A DNA stretch of 64,000 nt from an uncultured delta proteobacterium (GCA_963769935.1 CAVYNY010000010.1:128001-192000), one strand, 5' to 3'; counted from the stretch's first letter, positions 49,959-60,341 are shown. Numbers and translations: made by a program. Notes: generated by a model from the sequence alone, not told the origin.

Positions 49959-50090
49959 CCCTTCTATTGTCAATTCTCTCTTCAAATGCGGAACACGGAT
50001 TTAGACGGATCCGGGCAGATTTAATAGTACTGGAGATTCATTTTTGTGAAAGCAAGAAAAATATTTGCTTTTTCTGCGATCACCCGTCTT

Positions 50091-50450
50091 CTATTTCATC
50101 AAATCCGATTTCATTGTTTCGAATTCAGTTTTATTGATCTCGCCGCGGGCATAGCGCTCCTTGAGAATTTCAAGAGCGCGGTTGCCGCCGGTGCTGCCGG
50201 TTTGACCGCGGTTGGTGGACTGAATCAGCCATTTGATGACAAACACCAGTCCCACCAGAATAAAAATCCAAAATATGATCATAAAAATACCTCCAAACCA
50301 TCCGACACCCCATCCACCCATCATTCCCGGGCCCATTTGCCAGCCCTGATTATTACCCCATTGGGCCAGGGCCGGGTCGGAAGAAAAAAAGGCTATAAAC
50401 GCAAGCGCAGCCATCAGAATTTTTACCTGCACTATTTTACCGGGATTCAT
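50091..50450 (-). CDS. SHOCT-domain membrane protein
   Basis: Signal peptide, GPGMMGGWG, one [16 protein letters not shown]. Confidence 0.85.
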   Translation of the reverse strand: MNPGKIVQVKILMAALAFIAFFSSDPALAQWGNNQGWQMGPGMMGGWGVGWFGGIFMIIFWIFILVGLVFVIKWLIQSTNRGQTGSTGGNRALEILKERYARGEINKTEFETMKSDLMK

Positions 50451-50451
50451 G

Positions 50452-51300
50452 TTAATTCTCCTTATTCACCGTGGGATTTTTTTCTGCCGGCGCATTCCGG
50501 GTGTCATGGTATTGCTGGTAGTCATTGCGGTTCATCATACCAGGTCCACTGCCCCGGCCGCCACCAGGACCCATCGGGCCGGGTCCCCAACCGTAGCCGC
50601 CCCAGGGCCGATTCCAGGCCCCATATCCACCAGGGCCCATCATATTGGGGGACATCATGCCCGGACCCATGCCGTAGCCGCCCCAGGAGCGATTCCTGGC
50701 CCCATATCCACCGGGGCCCATCATATTGGGGGACATCATGCCCGGACCCATGCCGTAACCCCCGCCGGGTCCGCTGAGCGGACAGTCGGGTCGGTCCCAG
50801 CCGCCATAGCCCCCCGACCCCATCATGTCATGGTGCATCATGCCGTAACCCATCATCCCGAAACCCATCGGACCGCCCCGGCCGGCATCAGGGTCGATCT
50901 TTTGGACCCGCAGAAAATGTTCCAGGCGCTTTTGCGCCAGCTGGGCCATAAGATCGGATATTTGCTGCTGCACGGCCGCCGCTGCCGCCGCGTCCGGGTT
51001 TTGCTTGGCCAATTCACTGGCCAGCTCGAGCTGTTTCTGGTAAATTTGCTGCCGCAGATCTTTGGTCGCTTCCCAGAATGCATTGCGCTCTTCGTCCAGA
51101 TTCCGGATCTGATCTTCACTTAAATCACCGAACATGCCATAGCCGGCCCCGCCATAGCTCCGCAGATGACGCCCTTGACCGTAATGCATCCTTGCCGGAT
51201 AATCATATCCTTTACCCATCTGGGCAAAGGCGAGGGGTCCCGAACCCAGGAAAAAAATTGCAGCCAGCAAAATAAATGTGTTTTTTGAGCTAATATTCAT
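50452..51300 (-). CDS. Periplasmic ZraP/Spy/CpxP-like protein with long Met/Gly-rich tail
   Basis: Signal peptide ending AFA-Q; LSEDQ...[12 protein letters not shown]...NPD helical core; GMGPGMM repeats. Confidence 0.85.
   Translation of the reverse strand: MNISSKNTFILLAAIFFLGSGPLAFAQMGKGYDYPARMHYGQGRHLRSYGGAGYGMFGDLSEDQIRNLDEERNAFWEATKDLRQQIYQKQLELASELAKQNPDAAAAAAVQQQISDLMAQLAQKRLEHFLRVQKIDPDAGRGGPMGFGMMGYGMMHHDMMGSGGYGGWDRPDCPLSGPGGGYGMGPGMMSPNMMGPGGYGARNRSWGGYGMGPGMMSPNMMGPGGYGAWNRPWGGYGWGPGPMGPGGGRGSGPGMMNRNDYQQYHDTRNAPAEKNPTVNKEN
50591..50752 (-). repeat. 81-bp (27-aa) in-frame tandem duplication
   Basis: Two near-identical units encoding [22 protein letters not shown](R/W)NR(S/P)W. 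Confidence 0.9.
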
Positions 51301-51377
51301 TGAATCTCTCCTTGGTTGAAGATGAAGTTATGACATGCAAATGGTAATCATCGTTCGATACTTTGTAACTTTTGTAT

Positions 51378-51394
51378 TTCAAATCTCATGCCAG
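51378..51394 (-). promoter_or_regulatory. Possible sigma54 promoter of the metal cluster
   Basis: CTGGCATGAGATTTGAA: good -24 box, -12 reads TTGA instead of TTGC. Confidence 0.5.
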
Positions 51395-51723
51395 AAGCAG
51401 ATCGAAAATCCGGTGGCCAACTTAATGAGCTGAAAACAAAGGGGAATAATTTAAAAATACATGAAAGATTTTTGATGGCGGGCGTTTTGCTTTCTGCCTG
51501 CAATCAAAAGTGTGTAAAAAATATGCAGCCTGTTGCCTTCCATTTGCCATTACCCGGGTAAAAAGTAACCAGTTGCGAAGAGTTGCCTCCTTGACTTCTC
51601 CCATATCCGAGCTATTGTTTTTTTAAAGCGGTACCAACTAACATTGCCGCTAAAACTTCAAATCGCCGGCGCCGGTCAGTCCGCCTGCTTAACCGGAAAA
51701 ATTGTTGCAACGGAGGCACTGCA

Positions 51724-52290
51724 GTGAAAATAAAGCTGAACGGAATCAATGCGCTCTACCCCACCCCCACCGTACTGATCGGAGCGGTGGTAGACGGCAA
51801 ACCCAACTATATCACCATTGCTCACATCGGGATCGTTAACCACGCCAGGCCCTATCTGATTTCTATAAGCTCGGCCAAAGCACATTACACAAATTCCGGA
51901 ATCAAGGAAAATAAGGCCTTCAGTGTGAACATTCCATCGGAAAATCTGGTTGTCGAAACCGATTATGCCGGTCTTGTCAGCGGCAAAAATACGGATAAAT
52001 CCAATTTGTTTGAAGTTTTTTACGGTGAACTAGAAAATGCTCCCCTGATCAAGGCGTGTCCGATCAATATGGAATGCCGGCTTTACGATATATATGACAC
52101 CGCCACCCATGACCTTTTCATCGGTGAAATCGTAGAAACCCATGCCGACGAATCCGTACTCACCGATGGGAAAATCGACCTGGCTAAACTCAAGCCGCTT
52201 TTGTTTGACATGAGCAGCATCAAGTACTGGTCGGTGGGCAAGGTGGTGGCCGACTGCTGGAAGGTCGGCAAGCAGCTTAAGCGAGGGTAG
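51724..52290 (+). CDS. Flavin reductase-like protein (flavoredoxin family)
   Basis: LYPTPTVLI, FSVNIPS, APLIKACPINMEC, HDLFIGEI; GGAGG SD with GTG start. Confidence 0.9.
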   Translation: MKIKLNGINALYPTPTVLIGAVVDGKPNYITIAHIGIVNHARPYLISISSAKAHYTNSGIKENKAFSVNIPSENLVVETDYAGLVSGKNTDKSNLFEVFYGELENAPLIKACPINMECRLYDIYDTATHDLFIGEIVETHADESVLTDGKIDLAKLKPLLFDMSSIKYWSVGKVVADCWKVGKQLKRG

Positions 52291-52482
52291 GTTCAGGGTT
52301 CAAAGGTTAAAGGGCTACAAGGTTAAACGTTCAAGGTTTGACCAATCGGCAACCTCACATCAGTAGTTGTTATGAATTATGCATAAAGACATAAATCATC
52401 GTTCATAGATATACAGCGTTTTGTTTATTCGACCCTGTATGGGAGATTAAAAACCAACCATAAAAAAATGCGAAGCATTAAA

Positions 52483-52579
52483 TAATTAATCCGCCGGAGC
52501 TTCGATTTAACAACTATCTTCAGTTTTCAAGAAACATATTACAACTCTGACTATACTGTTTTTCTGGGCGGATTAATTA
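52483..52579. mobile_element. MITE-like element, copy C
   Basis: TAATTAATCCGCC...GGCGGATTAATTA; right end abuts the AGGAG SD of the next gene. Confidence 0.75.
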
Positions 52580-52590
52580 GGAGACAAACC

Positions 52591-53223
52591 ATGAAAATTG
52601 CAGTCATTGGAATTGGCAATGTGGGCGGAACCCTCGGGCCCGCCTGGGCAAAAGCCGGGCATGAAGTCATATTCGGCGTTCGTGACCCGGACAGCGCAAA
52701 AGTAAAAACGCTGCTGGAAAAGACTGGACACAAAGCGCGGGCGACCACCGTGGCGGAAGCTGCCGCCGCTGCCGACATTATCGTATTTGCCACCCCCTGG
52801 TCGGCGACTCAGGAAGCCATTAAGGCTGCCGGCAACCTGGCAGGCAAACTCGTGGTTGATTGTACCAATCCCATCGCGCCGGATCTCAAGGGACTCTCCA
52901 TTGGTACGACGACGTCGGCGGGTGAACAGGTCGCCCGGTGGGCTGAAAGCGCGAAGGTGGTCAAAGCATTCAATACAACGGGATCAGGCAACATGGCCGC
53001 CCCCCGATATGGATCACAAGCGGTGACCATGTTCATTTGCGGCGACGATCCCGAAGCCCGCAAAGCAGTAGCTCAATTGGCCAAAGATGTGGGGTTTGAC
53101 CCCTGCATCACCGGTCCGCTCTATCATGCCCGTTATTTGGAACCCCTGGCGATGCTCTGGGTGGACATGGCGTATCTCCAGGGCCGCGGACCCCAGTTTG
53201 CCTATAAAATCTTAAGCCGCTGA
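52591..53223 (+). CDS. NADP-dependent oxidoreductase, F420-dependent NADP reductase family
   Basis: IGIGNVG, VDCTNP, VVKAFNT, CGDD, LEPLA. Confidence 0.9.
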   Translation: MKIAVIGIGNVGGTLGPAWAKAGHEVIFGVRDPDSAKVKTLLEKTGHKARATTVAEAAAAADIIVFATPWSATQEAIKAAGNLAGKLVVDCTNPIAPDLKGLSIGTTTSAGEQVARWAESAKVVKAFNTTGSGNMAAPRYGSQAVTMFICGDDPEARKAVAQLAKDVGFDPCITGPLYHARYLEPLAMLWVDMAYLQGRGPQFAYKILSR

Positions 53224-53430
53224 CCCAAATTAAATAGTTCTATTTATCGCAGCGTCGATCATTTAAAAAAGGGAGATAATTTTCACAAAATCAGTCAACT
53301 ACTTCTTTAAATAATGAACCGTGGGGCATCCACCTCTCCGGTTGACTGTATCCGGCAATTCGGATATACGACCTTAGGACAGCATTCTTACCAGGATTTC
53401 GCACCGCTGCCGGCTTATAAGCACTGTAAT

Positions 53431-54135
53431 ATGCCAAAAAATATGCTGCTTGAATGCAAGGACATAAGTTTTAAGTATCCCGGCTCGACCGCTGAAGTTT
53501 TCAAGAATATGAGCTATCGCATCTCGGGTCCCGGTTTTCATGCCTTATTCGGCCCCTCGGGGGTGGGTAAAACCACCCTCGCAAAAATGATGACCGGCGA
53601 AATAAACGGCTTCAGCGGCCATATTTCAATGCACGAAATACGTCGCGTCTTATATACCTACAATCTTGAGAGAATCCCGGGTTGGTCCACGGTTCGCGAA
53701 CACCTGGAAACTACCACGCCTGCATCCAATAAAGAAAAAATCAGCCAACTGGTGAGCTCCTTCGGCATGGAAGGTTGTATTAACTCGCGGTTTTCACAGC
53801 TTTCCCTGGGTCAGCAGAATCGTATCAACCTGGCCCGCTACCTTTTACAGGAATTCGACCTTCTGGTCATGGACGAAAGCCTGGCTAATGTCGATGAAGT
53901 CACCAAAGAAAACATTATCCTGATGATGAAAGCCGTTTTCCCCGAACGGTGTTTTCTGTACATTTCACACAACGTGGCGGAAGTGGCCAAATTCTGTAAA
54001 CAGATCCTTGTACTGCGCTCGCAGCATAAAAGTCCTCAAACCCTGTCAATTATAGGTCAGGACCATTCCAACACCAAAGCCCTTGTAAGGAGAGACCTTG
54101 AGCACACCATGCTGGAGATCGTGAATGCTTTCTAG
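53431..54135 (+). CDS. ABC ATP-binding protein (NitT/TauT type)
   Basis: GPSGVGKT, LSLGQQ, LVMDE, ISHN; start at 53431 or 53443. Confidence 0.85.
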   Translation: MPKNMLLECKDISFKYPGSTAEVFKNMSYRISGPGFHALFGPSGVGKTTLAKMMTGEINGFSGHISMHEIRRVLYTYNLERIPGWSTVREHLETTTPASNKEKISQLVSSFGMEGCINSRFSQLSLGQQNRINLARYLLQEFDLLVMDESLANVDEVTKENIILMMKAVFPERCFLYISHNVAEVAKFCKQILVLRSQHKSPQTLSIIGQDHSNTKALVRRDLEHTMLEIVNAF

Positions 54136-54874
54136 ACGTATTTATCAATTCTTTATCATTTATTTTCTAGGCATTACGGTTCTATTTCTGATCAAATACG
54201 TTTTAAATCTCTCCGACTATGTCATCCCCAGCCCCCTGGAAATATGGCAAACCAGCCGCCATGTTTTCATCCGCTATTTGATCAATGTCATCGATACGCT
54301 GTCGGTTGCAGTTCTCGGTCATATATTATCGGTCTGTCTGGCGACGATTGTCGGAATCATTGGACGTTTGACGATCTGGGTCGGCTCTTTGATCCGGGTC
54401 GCAGCCTATAATATCCAGGCCTATCCCATAGTTGCCGTTGCGCCGATCATATTTATACTGCTGGGAGACGGTCTATCATCGCGGCTGCTGATCACCGTCA
54501 TGATTTGCTACTTTCCGCTGCTGCTTTCATTCATAGGCATTTTATCCGAGCCCGTTGCCGAGATCGAACATTTTTATGAAGCTACCATGCGGATGAACTG
54601 GCGCCTGCGGGTAAAAATCCGTGCATTTGAAAACATCGGCAAAATTGCCACGGTAATTGTGGGAAGCGGAACCCTGGCAATCGTTGGCACCATTGTATCG
54701 GAATTTATCGCGGCGACCGACGGCATCGGCCACACTATCCGCATCGCTCTTTACCAGAGCGATCTGGCAAAAATCCTCGTAGCGCTTTTTTTGATTGGAA
54801 TATGCACCTCATTGTATCTGGTCTGCCTCGAATGGCTGGGGCTGGTAGTCCAAAAAAGGCTGCAAAGCACTTAA
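54125..54874 (+). CDS. ABC permease (NitT/TauT type)
   Basis: YVIPSP, PIVAVAP, VSEFIAATDGIG. Confidence 0.85.
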   Translation: MLSRRIYQFFIIYFLGITVLFLIKYVLNLSDYVIPSPLEIWQTSRHVFIRYLINVIDTLSVAVLGHILSVCLATIVGIIGRLTIWVGSLIRVAAYNIQAYPIVAVAPIIFILLGDGLSSRLLITVMICYFPLLLSFIGILSEPVAEIEHFYEATMRMNWRLRVKIRAFENIGKIATVIVGSGTLAIVGTIVSEFIAATDGIGHTIRIALYQSDLAKILVALFLIGICTSLYLVCLEWLGLVVQKRLQST

Positions 54875-54911
54875 TTATTTTCGGCACGATGCAAAAAAAG
54901 GAGATTGCTTT

Positions 54912-55913
54912 ATGAAAGGAAAACTTCAGACAGCATTCCTTATAATAGGAGCGTTGACCTGTCTTCTTATGCTCAGCGCCTGCGGTGAAAAGGAGCAGGC
55001 TCCGGAGGAAGTGGCTTACCGGCTCAAATGGCTGTATAACATCAGCGTCGTAGGCGATTTATGGGCCGACGACCATGGAAATTTCGCCCGCAACGGTCTC
55101 AAGGTTGCCGTGAAGCCGGGCGGTCCTGAAAAAGACGCGATCAAGGAGCTGGAAATTGGTCATGCCCAATTCGGGGTGGCATCGGCCGATCAGGTCATTC
55201 GGGCAGTTTCCAAAGGCTCGCCGATTGTGGTGCTGGCTCAGCTTTTTCAGATCAATCCGCTGCACTGGATCTACCGGCCGGATCGAACACCGCTGAGAAC
55301 CCCGCAGGATCTGAAAGGCAAAACCATTGGCATAACCTACGGCGGCAACGACGAAACCATCATGCGGGCGCTGCTGGCCAAATACAATATCAAAGCAGAT
55401 GAAGTAAAACTTTTCAGCGTGCGCTACGATTATACCCCGTTTTACGAGGGAAAAGTCGATCTGTGGCCCCTGTACCGCAATGCCCAGGCGCCCATCATCG
55501 GTGAAAAGCTGCTTAAAGCGGGTGAAAAGTTCGACCTGTTGAGTCCCGCCAAATTGGGTATCAATTTTGTCGCCAATTCTGTTGTGACGACTCAAAAGAT
55601 GCTGGAAGAACGCCCGGAGACCGTCCGGCGTTTTATGAAGGCGCTGCTGGAAGCCTGGCGCGAAGCGTTGAATCCTGCCAATGCAGACAAGGCCATTGCA
55701 ACGGTTATGAAGTATGACCCTGAAACCCCGGAAGAGATCGTGCGCAAACAGCTGCCGGCCACCCGGGTTCTGATGCTGCCTGAACCGAATTCCGAATTCG
55801 GCAAGATCGACGTGGCGGCCTGGAAACAGACCGAAGAAATCATGCTGGCCCAAAAGCTGATCGAGGCTCCCGTTCATATCGAAGAGCGGTTGAAGCCGAT
55901 GGTCGACAAATGA
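54912..55913 (+). CDS. NMT1/THI5-like substrate-binding lipoprotein
   Basis: LSAC lipobox, RLKW, VKPGG, DLKGKTIG. Confidence 0.88.
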   Translation: MKGKLQTAFLIIGALTCLLMLSACGEKEQAPEEVAYRLKWLYNISVVGDLWADDHGNFARNGLKVAVKPGGPEKDAIKELEIGHAQFGVASADQVIRAVSKGSPIVVLAQLFQINPLHWIYRPDRTPLRTPQDLKGKTIGITYGGNDETIMRALLAKYNIKADEVKLFSVRYDYTPFYEGKVDLWPLYRNAQAPIIGEKLLKAGEKFDLLSPAKLGINFVANSVVTTQKMLEERPETVRRFMKALLEAWREALNPANADKAIATVMKYDPETPEEIVRKQLPATRVLMLPEPNSEFGKIDVAAWKQTEEIMLAQKLIEAPVHIEERLKPMVDK

Positions 55914-56170
55914 ACGCTTTGCTCGCGTCGCGGAATGCTTATGAAGCAGTTTGGAACAGGGCTAAAACAAATTCTGATCATTTATAAATCCGAAATTCGA
56001 AGCACCAAATTCGAAACAAATTCAAATGGCTTAAATACCAATGACAAAAACACACATTCGAAACCCAGTTTGATATGCTATAATGATGTTGGCTTAACAC
56101 CAAAATTTTATCAGAAAACTATTTATCTTCTAATTTAGCGCTTTTTGCTCAATTAGAAGGGAGAACTGCC

Positions 56171-56596
56171 ATGACGGATGGTGAGTTTAAAAAGGTAGCG
56201 CGAACGGACAAGCCGCTTTACGGTCCACGCAAGCTGCTGCTTTGCGGTTTTGCGGTCGACGCCCAGTCCAAATTTATTGCGCTGCTTGATATGATCGGTT
56301 TACCGGAACTTCCGCTCGTGTGGGTAACCGAAGATCAAGCCAATCTCAGACTGGGAGAACTTGTCAGGCTCGATGACGGCACGGGTAATGGCCTTTCCTC
56401 CCAGCTGCCGCGGGCCATCATCATGTGTGGAATCACTCAAAAAGAGCTGCATTTGCTCATGTCCGGGTGTCGACAGGCCGGAATGAAGCAGCCCCTGTGG
56501 GCGACGCTGACCCCCACTTCAGAAACCTGGACCATTCAAAATCTGCTGCAGGAACTTGCCGCAGAACACCGGGCGATGCAGAAAGAAAAAAGATAA
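56171..56596 (+). CDS. DUF3783-like protein
   Basis: RAIIMCG, WATLTPTSETW, ELAAEH; AAGGGAG SD. Confidence 0.75.
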   Translation: MTDGEFKKVARTDKPLYGPRKLLLCGFAVDAQSKFIALLDMIGLPELPLVWVTEDQANLRLGELVRLDDGTGNGLSSQLPRAIIMCGITQKELHLLMSGCRQAGMKQPLWATLTPTSETWTIQNLLQELAAEHRAMQKEKR

Positions 56597-56719
56597 GACC
56601 GCCGATGTAAAAATCGCCGATGTACCAATCAGTGTTTGTAAAGCAAAGCCATGTTTTCAGATCCTGACCCCGCGGCTCAGCCGTTTCTCAGATGGGAGAA
56701 CCTGCCTTGGATCGGAAGT

Positions 56720-56830
56720 GAGGATGCCCGGGTTGATGGACCCGGTTCTTCCCGGCGGGCTGCAGGCAACGATTCTTTTGACGCCGGCCACTTTGGCCGG
56801 GACCACCGACATGACCGCCGAGGTCAGGCA
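56720..56830 (-). pseudogene. Histidinol dehydrogenase (HisD/HpsN family) fragment
   Basis: Manual translation CLTSAVMSVVPAKVAGVKRIVACSPPGRTGSINPGIL; no full-length gene around it. Confidence 0.6.
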
Positions 56831-56897
56831 GTCATCCCGGTTTCCTTAAGAAAGAAATATCCGAAGCTAAATAAGTTCTTTGTATCACCGGATAGTG

Positions 56898-58025
56898 TCA
56901 GGATTTTATAAACCAGCTCACCGGTCTTCTGAGGCTTACCGGCTCCGGGTAGCGCTTCAGATAGCCCACTCTCAGGACAAACTGGGGAATCAAATCCTTC
57001 TGGTGGTCGGCGGCAATCTGCCTCAAGCCGGCTTCTTCTTCCAGGTATTGGGTCATGGGCTGAAGCGCGATGTTGCGCTCGCGTGCCAGCAGGGCCATGC
57101 TTTCAAACCGTCTGCCGGTCTCAATCAAATCCGCTGCCGTTCGGCCTTCACTGGTGATGACAATCCAGCCGCCGCCCTGCCGGGCGAGTTCGGCGGTATG
57201 GTCGACACCCTGCTTGCGAAAACTCGGCTTCATGAAATCTTCGGGTTTGACAAAATGCCTGACAAACCAGCCTTTGAAGCCACGGATCTCCATGCCTTCG
57301 ACGGTCAGGCCGTCACGGTAGCGCTCGGCCTTACGGCTGCTGAGGCGCAGCCATTGGACCAGTTCATGCTGGGCGTCATCCCGTTGAGACTGCCGCCGGA
57401 AATTTTCAATGGCACCTTCCGCGATGCAATCGGCATGCTCGGTTCCCCTCGGAAAATAAAAAATACGCCCGTTGAACGGCTTCGACAGCATCTGCAGGTC
57501 ATCTTTTTTGATTTCATCCGGCAGGTAGCCGTGTTTGACGGTCATGCGTCCGGTGATGCGCTGCAGCGGATAGTCGACCGGTTTGGCCTGGCTCAAAGAA
57601 ACCTTGAGAATATCCTGTTCAAAAGGATCCGCGGCAAGAAGCTCCATCTCAGCCTTTAAGCCGAACTTGCCGGCAGCCAGGGCCAGATTTTCGGCAAAAG
57701 CGCCGATGGAAAGCAGGGCTTCCCGGTTGTGCGGGTCTACCGCCGGCAGCCGGCGCAGGGGATCGAGTCCGATGATCCATTCGTTTTGATCTAAAACCCT
57801 CACATACCATGGCTGGGAATTGTGACCGCTGGGAGCCAGTGAGGCATAATATAAAACGGCAATCCGAACCTTATCCAGCCCCTGGTGGGGTTGTTCGGCA
57901 GGGTCGGGTCCCGGCAATTCATTCCGGCTGACGCCCGGACAGGCCGCAATAAAAGAACCGGCGCCTGCCAGCAGTGATCCGGCCGCCAGGGTTTTCTTCA
58001 AAAAACTTCTGCGATTTAATTTCAT
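56898..58025 (-). CDS. Acg-type FMN nitroreductase family protein with Tat signal
   Basis: NRRSFLK; LAPSGHNSQPW, SIGAFAENL, LRVGY, SLRRPV. Confidence 0.88.
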   Translation of the reverse strand: MKLNRRSFLKKTLAAGSLLAGAGSFIAACPGVSRNELPGPDPAEQPHQGLDKVRIAVLYYASLAPSGHNSQPWYVRVLDQNEWIIGLDPLRRLPAVDPHNREALLSIGAFAENLALAAGKFGLKAEMELLAADPFEQDILKVSLSQAKPVDYPLQRITGRMTVKHGYLPDEIKKDDLQMLSKPFNGRIFYFPRGTEHADCIAEGAIENFRRQSQRDDAQHELVQWLRLSSRKAERYRDGLTVEGMEIRGFKGWFVRHFVKPEDFMKPSFRKQGVDHTAELARQGGGWIVITSEGRTAADLIETGRRFESMALLARERNIALQPMTQYLEEEAGLRQIAADHQKDLIPQFVLRVGYLKRYPEPVSLRRPVSWFIKS

Positions 58026-58188
58026 AGCAAAACTCCTGTTGATAGCGTTGAATGCTTGATTAGTTGATTAGTTATAAAGATGGAGCGTAGCGACGCCTCA
58101 ATTTTAGGCAATTTAGGCATTTTCTATTTATTATCTGCATAAGTATTGAAATCTGCTTATCCGCGATTTCAGGACAACATAAGTAGAA

Positions 58189-58207
58189 GTCACTTTACGG
58201 TGACATT
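58189..58207. promoter_or_regulatory. Candidate TetR operator upstream of the nitroreductase
   Basis: GTCAC-TTTACG-GTGACATT. Confidence 0.55.
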
Positions 58208-58226
58208 TAGGGCAAAAAAAACGCCC

Positions 58227-58880
58227 TTATCGAACAGCTTCAGCCAACAGACCCTCAATAATTGTGTCAATCGCCCTCTCCAATCTCCGCCAGCCGGCTT
58301 CGGATTGCAGGTCGACCCCGTTGTAAAGATGGATCTGGCGCGCGCGGGTGACCAGGTAGCTGACACCGGCCCCGATAATGGCACCCACCGCCGCAATATC
58401 GGGGCCGGTGTTCATGGCAGGGAAAAACATGTCGAAAAAATTCATCATGGTATTTTCACGAATCGTTTCCAGTTCGGCTGTCAGCTTGTTGCGTTCAACC
58501 ATTTCCCAGGCCAGGATCTCCTGGGTTAGCGGCCGGCTTCGGATCGCCTGAATGAAGTTTTTTCCCAGCCTGGACAATTGCTCGGCCAGAGGCAAGCGGC
58601 CATAGGCTTCAATATCGCCGCCGGCAAGCTCCTTGATAGAGGGCCAAAAATTGCCCTCCCGTCCAAAGGCGCCCATGAGCTCCGACAATCCGCCGAAATA
58701 CCGGTAGATCAAGACCTTGTCGACGCCGGCTTCCCGGGCGACGGCATTGACCCCCAGACCCTTGAAACCTTCACGGGCCAGCAGCGAGCCGACCGCACCG
58801 ATCAACCGGGCCCGGGTCGCTTCCCGGTCCCGGGGTATTGCTCCGGAAAGTTTTATGTTTTTGCCGATGTTTTTTTTCAT
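58227..58880 (-). CDS. TetR-family transcriptional regulator
   Basis: GVNAVAREAGVDKVLIYRYFG HTH. Confidence 0.93.
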   Translation of the reverse strand: MKKNIGKNIKLSGAIPRDREATRARLIGAVGSLLAREGFKGLGVNAVAREAGVDKVLIYRYFGGLSELMGAFGREGNFWPSIKELAGGDIEAYGRLPLAEQLSRLGKNFIQAIRSRPLTQEILAWEMVERNKLTAELETIRENTMMNFFDMFFPAMNTGPDIAAVGAIIGAGVSYLVTRARQIHLYNGVDLQSEAGWRRLERAIDTIIEGLLAEAVR

Positions 58881-58913
58881 GGTCCTTTAGCAGGGCGATT
58901 TTAGATGCCAATT

Positions 58914-58932
58914 ATCACCAGTTGGTGACATT
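58914..58932. promoter_or_regulatory. Candidate TetR autoregulatory operator
   Basis: ATCAC-CAGTTG-GTGACATT palindrome just upstream of tetR. Confidence 0.6.
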
Positions 58933-59127
58933 GTCAATTGCAAATTTTCGAATCCGCCCCCCAAAAGAAAGAAGGAGGAGAGCCAAACTATAATCGAGGG
59001 TCGTTCGTTCTTTTGATTTTGACAGCCGGACAAAAGATTGGTAGACACTCTTGAAACACCAATATTGAAAACGAGCTAATCCCGCTTCCAGCGGGACTTA
59101 ACTGCCTGAAATTGGGGAGGTTTCTAA

Positions 59128-59472
59128 ATGGAAGTCTATACCAGAGTTGAAAACCTGACCTGGAAGCCGCACCCGCTGGCCGAGGGTGTTTACATAAAGC
59201 CATTGGTCACCAAGAAAGCTGATGGATTGAATGTCAGCTGTATCCTGGTCAAAATTCCGGTCGGCGTCGACATCCCCGAGCATGTCCATGCTGAGCAAGT
59301 CGACATACTCTATCCCTTAGGCGGAAATGCTGAAATGTACGTGGAAGGGACCGGAACGTTTAAGCTGGCACCGGGAATGGTTGTTCGCGTTCCCATTGGT
59401 GTAAGGCACAAAATTTTCAATGTCACGGAAGAAGTTCTGATTTACGATGTATTTCACCCGGCAACCATTTAA
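59128..59472 (+). CDS. Cupin-domain protein
   Basis: PEHVH...GVRH cupin motifs; GGAGG SD. Confidence 0.85.
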   Translation: MEVYTRVENLTWKPHPLAEGVYIKPLVTKKADGLNVSCILVKIPVGVDIPEHVHAEQVDILYPLGGNAEMYVEGTGTFKLAPGMVVRVPIGVRHKIFNVTEEVLIYDVFHPATI

Positions 59473-59517
59473 AGATAACGCGCTGCCGGCCGCACGGCAT
59501 GAGGGACCTGCACCGAA

Positions 59518-60274
59518 ATGACTAAAATTGAGAACACCGTCGCTGTCGTTACCGGGGGAACCCGTGGGATCGGATTGGCCATAGCTCGAATGGTTGGTAA
59601 CAAACAAGTTCTCGGTGGCCATCACCTACAAAGGCGATGCCGCCGCTGCGGAAAGTGCGCAGCGGCACCTTGAAGGTTTCCTGGCAGACGGACAGCGGAT
59701 TCTTCTGCTGAGAGGCGATGCCGGCGATCCGGAGGTTGTCGCCGCGCACCAGCATACCGTTCGCAGCGAATTGGGGCCGATCGGCGTGCTTGTCAACAAC
59801 GCCGGCATCATGCCGGCCCGGAATTTCGAGCAGATCAGCATCCCGGATTGGGATGAGACCATCCGGGTCAATTTGAGCAGTGCCTTTTACTGGAGCCGGC
59901 AGGTGATTGCAGACATGAAGGCGATGCAGTTCGGCCGCATCATAAATATCTCATCCCTGGCGGCGCGCGGAGGCGGCGTTGTCGGTCCGCACTATGCCGC
60001 ATCCAAGGCCGGCATGCTGGGGCTTACCCGTTATGCCGCCAAAGATCTGGGTCCCTACGGGATCACGGTCAATGCCATCGCACCGGCCTTTATCGAGGAT
60101 GCCGGAATCTTTTCAGACTGGCCGGACGAAAAGAAGGCCGCTCTGAAACAGAAGATTTTTGTTCCCCGGCTTGGAAATGCCGGCGATGTGGTTCGAGCAT
60201 GCGAGTACCTGCTGGCATCCCCATATGTCACCGGCGTGACCTTGGATGTCAACGGGGGCGCATTCATGATTTGA
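59518..60274 (+). pseudogene. Short-chain dehydrogenase/reductase with a 1-nt frameshift near 59590
   Basis: MTKIENTVAVVTGGTRGIGLAIAR (TGxxxGIG) is one frame off from NNAG, YAASK and VNAIAP in ORF 59594..60274. Confidence 0.8.
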
Positions 60275-60341
60275 TCAGTCTTGAAGGCACGGATAAACAC
60301 TGGTTGAATGAAAGGGGTAATTTTTCAGTAGGAGAATAACC

